Source: Camelus dromedarius
Lineage: Eukaryota
Assembly (NCBI RefSeq): GCF_036321535.1
Contig: NC_087437.1
Coordinates: 57,476,001-57,540,000, forward strand
Direction of reading: 5' to 3'
Length of the DNA: 64,000 nt
This document shows positions 1 through 10,799 of this stretch, piece by piece. The first letter of the stretch is position 1. Each line of letters opens with the position of its first letter. The notes beneath the pieces are model-generated. The model was not told the origin of the DNA. It saw only the letters and a program-made list of their open reading frames with translations, and ran no database searches. The translations under genes were made by a program, and so were the position numbers.

Positions 1-513
<513 letters not shown>

Positions 514-1636
514 TCAAGAAACAAGATTTCCTTTCTAAACAAACTTTACTCCACAGAACCAACTGCTCAGGGTTGAATCACACCTTGGGCTAATATCATT
601 CGAGACTGTGCCCAGGTCCAAACTCTGATCTCAGTATAATGCTTTGTAAAATTTAAGAGAACGGCCATTGTGCATTTTAGTGGGCCGTAGCATACAAAGT
701 GTACCCCTGGGAATCAAAATATAACACAGTGCAGCACACACAGGCTCAGCAGATGCTTTTGAAGGGGCTACCCTCTATGCTCACAAATCTATTAAGCAGC
801 CAAAGCTTGTTCTATGCAATCACCAATATACTATTTTGCTTAATGTTAGTAACTTTCCCGTTAATTTCTCTGGAATCTTTTTTTAATTAGTAACGAAAAT
901 TTCAGGCAAAAATACCCGGTAAAAGGTAGTAGAAAAAAGAATATTACCATTACATTGTATGATCTCCAATGAAACACAGCATGAGAGTTTTAGTTCAAGA
1001 AAGAACCTCAAAAATCCTCTACCTCGCCTCCATCATTTGATAAGTGAGACAACCAAATGGTGAGATGATTATAAGTTAAACAACCACCAAATTACAGCGT
1101 CAATGCCAGAACTCACATTTATTGTTTCACAATCACTGCCTCAAGTTCACCTCTTCTGCCTGAGTCTTGTTTAGTGACTTACAATAAGATTTTATAATCA
1201 ACACAATCAAATCAAATCCTAACATGTCAAATGAACAAAATGTATTTCATGGAAAGAAGAAATTCCTCCCATTCCAAGAGGAGCAGAAGAAAAGCAAATG
1301 TGACAGCATCTTCTTCAGCTACAAGTAAGAATCCTACACGTCAAACATATTCATGAGAGTCACAGTCATCTTCACCACGTAATGGGAGAATCTCTTCCTT
1401 GTAACCCTTTCAATGAAAGGCCCCAGCGATTTAATGCAGTTACACCTGGGATTAAGTTACATGGAACTAAAGCTGTTGAAACCATGTCCTTGGAGGTGAT
1501 TCTTCCAAACTAATCCCTTGGCTTCACTTGCAGAGAGCTACAGGGATGCATCTGCAGGAACTGATGAAGGGCTTCAAGGATACAAGGCACTACTGGAAGG
1601 ACTCCGTTGATTTTAAATGGCTCAAAAATTATAGGC

Positions 1637-1656
1637 AAAAAAAAAAAAAAAAAAAA
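1637..1656 (+). repeat. Poly(A)20 tract
   Basis: 20 consecutive A. Confidence 0.95.
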
Positions 1657-1844
1657 GAGGCTTAAAAAATGGGAAAGGAAAGGAAAGGAAATGGAAAGGT
1701 GGTTGTAGACATTAAAATAATAATAGTAGTGATGGTATTTCAATAATAATAATAATTTTGATAATAAAAGTATGATGTCACAGAGTACTCTCAGTTTAAG
1801 TAAACTTAGTGGCCTTAGGAATCAAAGAAACAAATGACTTTGCA

Positions 1845-2230
1845 GTAACATTTCACATCTGCTACGATGGCCATACCAAAAAGGATGGATAATAGTAAGT
1901 AGTTTCTTTAAACCCTCATATCTTGCTGGTGAAAATGTAAATGATGCAGCAGCTGTGGGAAATAGTTTGGCAGTTCCACAAAGGGTTAAACGTACAGTTA
2001 CCATACGGTCCAGCGATTCTACTTCTAGATATACACCTATGAGAGTGAAAACACATGTCCACACATAAACTTGTGCACAAACACTCAGAGCAGTGTTATT
2101 CTGACATCTGTCAATGGAAGAATGGATGAACAAAATGTGACACAGCCATACAGAGGAATGTTACTTAGCCATAAGAAAGGATGGCGTGCTGACTCATGTG
2201 ACAACACAGATGAACCTCAAAAACATTATT
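1845..2230 (+). mobile_element. Old L1 (L1MB-like) ORF2-end/3' UTR fragment
   Basis: Typical L1M motifs: ttgctggtgaaaatgtaaatgatgcagc, gtttggcagttcc, agttaccatacggtccagcgattctacttctag, gaatggatgaacaaaatgtg, gatgaacctcaaaaacattat. Confidence 0.8.
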
Positions 2231-2790
2231 TCACAGAAATATGAAAATTTGTAGATAGATAAAAAGCTGCTTAGTGACAGTTCAGTTTGCTGCCTTTATT
2301 TTAAAAAGTAACTGAAGCCCATGATAGTGAAATAACTGTCTTGTGAGTCACAGGGTGTTAGAGGAGACCCGGACCCTGGGCTAGAACCCTGGCCCCAGGC
2401 TGCTGGTTCAGTACCTTTTCCCATGTCACACGATACTTTCTTACAGTTGAACCAAGCCTATTTTCGATACCACGCTGTTGATTGGAGGTAAACCATCATA
2501 AAAACCACATCTACCAGGTATAATTACTTTTATTTAATAAATTGGTGAAATCCTAGGTTTCTGTTTAGTTTCAAGACTGTTTAAAGTCTGCTCTAGAACA
2601 ACAAAGGTCCAGAATATTGGGCAGGGACTGTAGTCCTGGGGGCAGGCGCCAGGAACAGCATTAGGTACGGACGGAGCCTTGAACTTCTCAGTCGGTAAAT
2701 GGGGATCCCAGATGCAGCATCCAGGTCATAATCAGATATAAAAAGTCACATGGAGTATTCCATTTAATATTTTAAAGGGGCTATGCAAGC

Positions 2791-2983
2791 GGGGAGGGTG
2801 TAGCTCAGTGGTGGAGTGCATGCTAACCATCCATGAATTCCTGGGTTCAGTCCCCAGTACCACCATTACAAATAAATAAACAAGCCTAACTACCTCCCCC
2901 ACCAAAATAAATTTTGAAAACTTTTAAATTTAAAAATTAAAAAAATTTTTAAGCCAAAGGCATTTAAAAATAAAAAAATAAAA
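2791..2983 (+). mobile_element. tRNA-derived SINE of camelid Vic-1 type, with target-site duplication
   Basis: GGGGAGGGTGTAGCTCAGTGGTGGAGTGCATGCT (A box) ... CTGGGTTCAGTCCCCAGTACC (B box), then AATAAATAAACAAGCCTAACTACCTCCCCC and an A-rich tail. TSD TAAAGGGG(C/T)TATGCA at 2773-2787 and 2984-2998. Confidence 0.88.
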
Positions 2984-3261
2984 TAAAGGGGTTATGCAGG
3001 ATCTGAATTCAGAAATGAGGCAACTGGTAACACCTGACCAAGGGAAAAACATTTCAGGAGGGAAAAACGGCAAGAGCTTAGTGTTGGCACTTCTACGGGG
3101 CACAGGCAACCTCCCAGAAATGGTGAGGAAAACCCTAAGAACACTGAGCCAGCGTGGATACTCATGCTAAGTGCAACCTTTACCATATTTTCACAATTTC
3201 AATTTCAATATAAAGTTGGGCATTGAAGTATTTACAGTACATTTGCTGTTATCACTCTATT

Positions 3262-3470
3262 TGTGTAGTGAGAAGTCAAGTCTTATACTTGGAGTAGGAA
3301 AATTGGGGTTTGCTTCTGGATCCATACATTTTGGCTGTGGGACTTTAGGTAAGTGGTTGAGCTTTTTTGACTTCCCTATTTTTCAATTGTAAACTAAGTT
3401 ATTTTAAGGAATATAAGATGATGGCTATGGACATACATTGTAAACTTAGAGAATCTTTACAAAAAATTCT
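3262..3470 (+). mobile_element. MIR SINE fragment
   Basis: MIR core-like ggctgtgggactttaggtaagtggttgagc...tttttcaattgtaaa. Confidence 0.6.
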
Positions 3471-4334
3471 AACACACTATTATTCTTACATTTTTTTCCC
3501 TTATAGCAAGAAAAATAAAATCAACCATGTAACTAGACATTGAATTCTGTGTTTTTGTCACAGACGATGACATCTACCCCAGGGTCCAGGACCCTATACC
3601 ACAAGTTAAGCTCTATCCTAGACTGCTTCCACTATAGCCAAAACAAATAATAGATACTCACATATTTTAAAAAATCATCTAAAGCTTTTGGCAAAGACCT
3701 GGGCAATCACCTATATTCAGAAGAGGTTCCGAGGTTATAAAAGTATGCTCAGATTGACAATAAATCTAATGTGTAATAGAGACGGGCAGGCTTTGAGCCA
3801 AGGTGACAAAATCCTAGACTATCTCAATCCAGGGTGTATAATGAAGAAAGAGTAAGTAGCTAGTATAAGGAGGGATTTCTTCCCTTTTGTAAAACTAACT
3901 AGCAGTTGTGTTGCATCTCATAAATGGTATTTGTTTATTGCTGTAATCCTGAGCGCTCAGGTCAAAGTAGGTACTTAGCAAAGCTTACAGAAACATTTGT
4001 TGATGAAATAGAAACATCCCCATATGCACATCATGTGGGTAGACATGTGAAACGCTAGGTTTATTTCTCACATTTATTACTCTAACATATTTCTAAATCT
4101 TTAATATATTCTACTTAAACTGACCTTGATTTAAATAGAATATGAATACGACTTTTGAGAGTGCTTTTAAATTATTTTTGAGCACTCACTTTTTAAGCAG
4201 CATTTGCACAACTTTTTGTTGTTCTTCTAGCATGGTACAGGTCATTATATGACCAATTCTTCACATTCCAAAGACCTATTCATCCTAGCCTTGTCTTGGA
4301 AAGTTAAGGACACCCACCCATTTCATTCCAGATG

Positions 4335-5070
4335 ACAAATGAATGCTGGAACATCACTTAAGCCCAAGGCCACCACTCATGACTCCCTTCAGTCTCTCCC
4401 CATCCGTCTGATTCTAGTCTACTCTCTCTAGAATTCTTCTCTCTGATCCCCAGCTTCATAGTTTCGTGTTCTGCCTTGATGTGTCTCCCGTATCTCTTCC
4501 TGCTCTTCTCTCTGCACTTAGACAACTGAGATCCTACACAGGTTTTGGCTTCTCCCATCAGTCTTAGGCTCTGCCACCACACAGTATGAGATGCTACTTT
4601 CTGAGCCAGCCTCTGACTGTGTCAGTCTTGGCTCACCCCACCCCCATATGAATGACATTCTCCTTTAGATGTAAGTATCATGAGGAACAAGGAGACAGAG
4701 ATTTAAGGAATTTGATAATTATACGGATAAAATGTTATATTTCTTGCCATGATTATCACTGAGTTTTCATCACATACTAATTCCTAGACATGCCCACACT
4801 TCCTAACCCTCAAATTGTACTTTATTCAAGTTGTCCTCTCTACTTCTCTAACAGGCCATGACAAATGCTCTTCTCAGTTACTGCAGATAACTGTGAACTT
4901 GCCCTCTTTTAGCTTCTCATAGTATTTAAATACTAATGTTTACTAAAAAATTAGTATTTAATGCACTTTGCCTTGTATCATGATGGCTTTTCTTGCTCCC
5001 ATCCTAGACACTTGCTTCATCAGTATCTATTAGGAAGTTTAGCACTCAATTTATTCTGGTTGAAGTAAAT
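4335..5070 (+). mobile_element. Degenerate L2 fragments
   Basis: Pyrimidine-rich L2-like tracts ending in an L2-like tail (agcactcaatttattctggttgaagtaaatga). Confidence 0.4.
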
Positions 5071-5239
5071 GATAAAAAATGTTTTAAGGAAACAACAAAG
5101 ACAACAACAAGTGATAAGACAGCAGTGAGTGACAGTAGTGACTCTGTCTCTTCAGTTGTATGATCTTGGATGTGCTATTTAATTTTGATAAATCTTTGTT
5201 TTATCATTCATAAAGTGGAGACAATAGTTCTTGCATTAA

Positions 5240-5567
5240 AAAATTTTGTGAAGACACTTAAGATCTGCCCTTTAGCAAATTTCAAGTATATAATATAATA
5301 TTGTTGACTACAGTCACACTGTTGCACATTAGCTCTCCAGAACTATTTCATTTTGCACAACTAACTTTGTCCTCCTTGACCAACACCCCTGATTTCCCCC
5401 TCCTCTGGCCCCTCGTAACCATCATTCTACTCTGCTTCTATAAGTCTGACTATTTTAGATTCCAATCTAAATTCAACACATTTATCTTTCTGCATCTTGT
5501 TTATTTCACTTAGCCTAATATCTGCCATGCTGTAGCAAATGGCAAGATTTTCTTCTTTTTAAGGCTG

Positions 5568-5632
<65 letters not shown>

Positions 5633-5998
5633 TATACATATATATATAATTTTTTTTCTTTATCATCTGTTGACAGGCACTTAGGGTGTTTCCATATCTT
5701 GGCTACTGTGAACAGTGCTGAAATAAATATGAGAGTGTGGATATTTCTTCAAGATCTTAATTTAATTTCCTTTGGATATATCCCCAACTGGGACTGCTGG
5801 ATCATAAGACAGTATAATAACAAAAAAAAAAAAAAAAAAAGAAAGAGAGAGAGAGAGAAACAAGAGAGAAAATGAAAGAAAATGGTAGCTATGTTAATTA
5901 GTTTGATTATAATGAGTATTTCACAATGTATACATATATTAAATCATCAAGATGTATAATTTTTAATTGCCAAATCTACTTCAATAAAGCTGGGAAAA
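5240..5998 (+). mobile_element. L1MA-like 3' end with 5' inversion (5240-5808 inverted, ~5820-5998 forward)
   Basis: The reverse complement of 5240-5340 reads ...atacttgaaatttgctaaagggcagatcttaagtgtcttcacaaaa. The forward part continues the recalled consensus with aaaatggtagctatgttaattag...cttcaataaagctgggaaaa. Confidence 0.8.
5571..5648. repeat. Compound microsatellite: (TA)26 followed by CA/TA repeats
   Basis: Perfect TA run 5571-5622, then cacacacaca tatacatatatata. Confidence 0.95.
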
Positions 5999-6009
5999 TT
6001 CATCATGGG

Positions 6010-6718
6010 TTACATTCAAGTATAGCTGAAATGAGATAATAGATGATGCCAAGTGTTGAAATGGATATGGAGCAACCAGACTTCTCATACATAAATGATG
6101 GTAAATAGATTGGTAAAACCACTTTGAAAAACTGTTTGGCAGTATTGATAAGAATAAGTATATCCCATGATTCAACAATTCTACTCCTGGATTTATACCC
6201 AAATGAAACCTCTCTATCAATCAACTTATTTATCTATCTAATCTCCCCATTACAAGAATGGTAATAGGAGCTCTATTCATATTAGCCCTCAAGTGGAGAC
6301 AACCCACAGGGCCATCAAGAGTAGAATGAGTATGTAATATATTCTGCTAATAAGATATTATAGAGCAGTGGGAATTAACAAACTACAACTATACGCAACA
6401 ATGTGGATGATTCTCACCAACATAATATGAAGCAAAATAAACCAAACAAAAAAGACAGCTACATACTATATGATTTCAATTGTATAAAGCTCAGAGGCCG
6501 GTAAAACTAACCTATTGGGGTAGAGTTTAGGATAGTGATACCTTTGTTTAGGGAGGGAAATGATTGAGATGAAGCAAGGGGAGGAATCCGGGGTGCTGGC
6601 AATGATCTACTTCTGGATCTGGGTGCTGGCTACACAGGTGTGTTCACTTGATGAAAATTCACTGAGTTCTATGACAGTTTGTATACTTTTTTATGTGTTT
6701 TATTGGTCAATAAAAAAA
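6010..6718 (+). mobile_element. Old L1 (L1ME-like) 3' end
   Basis: ccaagtgttg..ggatatggagcaacc, aaccactttgaaaaactgtttggcagta, caacaattctactcctgg, ggatctgggtgctggctacacaggtgtgttcact, ending caataaaaaaa. Confidence 0.8.
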
Positions 6719-7694
6719 CCCATACTAGCAGAGTCAAAAAAATGTGGTGAAGATTTAGTAAAATGACAAATACTACTTCTCAAAATCAGTCCTTCTCTCA
6801 AAATCAAGTTTTTCCCACACAATTAGCTAACATATGATGAATGAAAATATTATACCAGTGACATTCATTCATGGGTTGTAGACAGATTTGGTTCATGTTG
6901 AACATATAATGCTTTGGATCACATAATTAATTCAAGAAAAATATTTTCCATCTTCTCTCCAACTCATTCATTCTACTCACTTTTTATCACAGTCCCTTAT
7001 GTAACACACATGTTTACGTGTTTTATTTATAAATAGTGCTTGTGAAACTGCCTAATTCAAAACTAACCATTTGTAATTTCCTACAATAACATCAAAACAT
7101 AAAATAAAGAGAATAGAAAAAAAGAATTGCCCACAACACATGAAGAAATGCACAATAAATATTTCCTGGAAAACCATTTGGATTCTCTAAATTTCTGGAT
7201 TATTATCCACTGATAACTTTCCAAATGCCACACCAGCCTTTGGCACCTCAGTTAACCTCTTTGAACTTCAAATTCCTCTACTGTAAAACTGATGCCACGC
7301 TTACTACAGACTCATAAGGCTATAAAGATCAAATTACGTATGTGCCAGCTCTTTGATACCTACAAACACCTATACAATTATTTGAGATTATTTCTTTTAC
7401 ATAGAAAACTTTGAAACCACAACTTGAAAAGTTTCTACATTTTAGAGTGACAACTGCTTGGAACACATTTTCTGAGGCATAAAGAATGTTATGTGATTCA
7501 GTCACAACCACTGTTGCTCCTTTCTACCTTTATTTGCCAAATGTATGCTTTCTAACTCAAGTAGGAAAACACAACTTGTATAATCCTGTATAGTTGATAT
7601 AATTAAATGGTACCAATTACGATTTGTCTTCATACAGTTCTCTGCAGATCTCCATTTCCTTCTTATTGCTCTGGCTGTAATAATCCGTGGGATG

Positions 7695-7955
7695 AATGTG
7701 CAGCCACTGGTCTCCTTGCGATTTCTCAAAAACATGCATAAACCATTTCAAGTCCTACACAATTGACATCCTTTGTTCTTCAAAACCTCATCAGCAGCTT
7801 ATTAACATGGCTCGATCCCTCACTCCATCCAGGTCACTGCTCAAGTGTGACTATCTGAGACCTCACCTGACTACCTTACATAATTTAGCACCTCCTCCAG
7901 TCATGTTCTAATCCTTTACTTTGTTTTCTCCTTCACAATTTAACACTACCTGTTT
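7695..7955 (+). mobile_element. L2a-like fragment
   Basis: cagccactggtctccttgcgatttctc..., catggctcgatccctcactccatccaggtcactgctcaagtgt, ttgttttctccttcacaatttaacactacctg. Confidence 0.6.
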
Positions 7956-8029
7956 AAGCTTTATGAAGGTAGTTACTGCGACTGCTAAATTCCCCTCAAA
8001 TTCTCAACAGTTCTTGGAATTAAATATAT

Positions 8030-8200
8030 ATACGGTGAAAAGACATCATGAGACCTGGAGTTTTATTCCTGTGTATCTCTAATTTGTGTTCAAATTGGGA
8101 TAATCACTTTCCTCCTTAGCCTGAGTTCCCCTAAGTATAAAACAGAATTGTTTGTTAAACCAGGCAATCGGAAATGTTCCTTTGACTTAAACCTTCTATA
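8030..8200 (+). mobile_element. MIR fragment
   Basis: gagacctggagtttt...aatcactttcctccttagcctgagttcccctaagtataaaa. Confidence 0.55.
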
Positions 8201-9084
8201 ACTTTATCATTCATATAAAATAGTTAAATAATTTCTTGAAGTTAAGAAGTCAGTATAAAATACTGTAATTTCAAAAACAGTGCTTACCTACCAAAAAGAA
8301 ATGGTAGTAACATATTAAGAGAACAAAAATGTAAAAGAAATGTAATCAGAGAAAATAAACTTTGCTATTATATAAGTAATTATGACTAATGATTCTCCCT
8401 ATGAAATATAAAAATTACTAATATTTCAAACATATGCTAGATACAAAGAACACTCTTGTTTTGATTTTTTGCCTTTCCAATTAGAAACCAAAATCTAAAT
8501 TCTTTTTAATGTACAAAAGCATCTTCTCTGTTTGCTGTACAACCTTGTTTATTGGGCTGTGTATCAAAAGAAAGAAATAAAAAACTTGATTTTTTTACAA
8601 CACAATTTGTGTCCAACAACTTGAGAGACACATAGTTCCTTTGGTCTTAACCTCTGAATATTCAGCTGTGAAGCTTCCAGTTTGCTAACTTTATTAGTGG
8701 CTTTTAGAGGCACAGAACTTGAAAACCCTTGGAATATTAGCAGTTGCTTTGTTAACTGTGTTGTCAGACATAATGATATTAAATCAAGCAAGAGAAGCAT
8801 TGTTTTCCATCCTGACAAGCGGCAAAGCAAATGCTAAAATACATTATCTCAAATGAAGCATTAAAAAAAAACTAGGTTGCTTTGACTAGAACAAGTCTAA
8901 TTTTATAACTTAAAAAAAACTCTACAGATATGGGAATCTTTATCTATATACTTTGAGGTATTTTTTGCTGGAAAATTATTGCGCTAACTTCTCTAAAACT
9001 AAAGGTTTTTTTGTTAACACTTTCTTTGCAAAATCTTGCAGAGCAACAAGATAAATTTATATCATCATAAAATAGTGAAAACTT

Positions 9085-9560
9085 TAGTGTATTGGAAATG
9101 TACTTTTGGAGGCAGATAGAAACAAAGATTGAACTCCCCTGAGTTTTTAACTTGGACAAGTTACTTGATTTCTCTACAGCTCAGTTTCATCACCTGTAAG
9201 TTAACACTGATTATACCTTCACCGTAAGGTTATGATTATTAAACAAGACAACAAAGGTCTGCTGAATGTAGTATCTAGAGTATTACTTACTTTCCTTGTT
9301 TTCTATAATTTTCAGATGAGAATGAGAATAGAGTTGCCTGAACAGTAGGTTGAAAAAAGTCACTTTATTTGTGGGATTCAAATAATGTGTCCTGAGTTTC
9401 TCTTCCCTGTAACAGGCTAATCATGGCTATGTTGCTTAAGGCTCAGTTTGGTCATCTGTTGACAGAGCACAACGATAATCTGACCATTTCTCTTTCTCTG
9501 GGAGAGGATGGTTTTGATGTCAATCTGAGATAAGTGATGCAGTGCTTTTCAGGTTCTTAA
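9085..9560 (+). mobile_element. Two adjacent MIR fragments
   Basis: aacttggacaagttacttgatttctctacagctcagtttcatcacctgtaa (~9150-9200) and ctcagtttggtcatctgt (~9442-9460). Confidence 0.6.
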
Positions 9561-10738
9561 CACCTTCTAAGGAGGCAAAATACCACAGCATGATTTGACT
9601 TACCCTCTAGCCAGAAGCCTGCAAGTATAGAGATGGGGTGAGGAATTGGAATTTAGGAGGCCAGTGGGTGAGGGGATATATCATGCTGCAATTCACTGTT
9701 ATCACCAGAATTATTCCCAGAAGTTTGAATGTTCTACTAGAGATAGAGAGGAGGTACTGGGGGAACAGTGCAATTCTTCATTACCAATACCATTAGTTCT
9801 TATGAAGTAAGCAGGTACACAGTATGTAACCAAATGCTCCTCTATGACTGAGTTTGAACATCAGAGCAAGTCTGCTGAATACCCTCAACACATTCATGCA
9901 AGAGGATGTGTTTCTTGGGGGCCTCAGCCTCTCTCTTTCCTCTTGAGGATAAGGATGAAAGTGGAAATGTTTTCAAATTTCCGTATTTCTATTCAAACAT
10001 TGTTATGCCTTTTGGAAAGTCATTTTGAATACTCTAAAGGGCCCCAAAAATGACCAACTAAGGATGGAAATATGCCTTTTTTACATGAAATTTCCCAATT
10101 TAAAAAATTTCCTCAGTCAACTTTCATGAAGTCAGAATAACCGGGATCAAATTTAATTTCCTGATGTAAACCAATAAAACCGGACATAATATCCAAGCAC
10201 TTGTTAACTGGAATTGCAGGGTTTTGATCTCTGAGAGGAGGAAAATGCATAGGCACCATGTTAACCTTGGCTTTCTTCAAGGGCACTTTTCAACCCTGAA
10301 ATGGAGAGGTGAAGCTGAAGTATAGCATTGTGTGTTTTGCTTTGTTTTGTTTTTTGAGCTGTGGTGTCAGAAACTGGAGTCTGGGACAGCTAAAGGGACT
10401 TGAATTTCGGAGCAACGGTGCCAGAGAAAAGGAAGGTGGTACAACTGGGAGGAGTCTGTGTGGGAATTTCCTTGAGGATCCTGGGTTTATGGATAGACAG
10501 CACATGCTCAGAATGGGCGTCTCAAGCCTACATAGAACAGCTACTGTGAGATTGGGAACCGAATGGACATACCATGGTTGGACAGGGCTGGGATGTGATG
10601 AACTTCTAGACAAGACAGACACCTGAATGAGCACCCTGGACATTTGTGGGGATCTCAGAATGGCCATTTCAGGATCACATGCTTAATAAGGTCTCTCCCT
10701 ACCTCAGACTAAAGACAGAAGCAAAATAGTCAAGACCT

Positions 10739-10740
<2 letters not shown>

Positions 10741-10772
<32 letters not shown>
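10741..10772. repeat. (AC)16 microsatellite
   Basis: Perfect AC run. Confidence 0.95.
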
Positions 10773-10775
<3 letters not shown>

Positions 10776-10799
10776 GACAAGATCAAGAGGATTTACTAG

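Noticed and set aside
2791..2863. tRNA-Ala gene
   Set aside because: A/B boxes are present, but the anticodon arm is degenerate, and a SINE body, A-rich tail and TSD follow.
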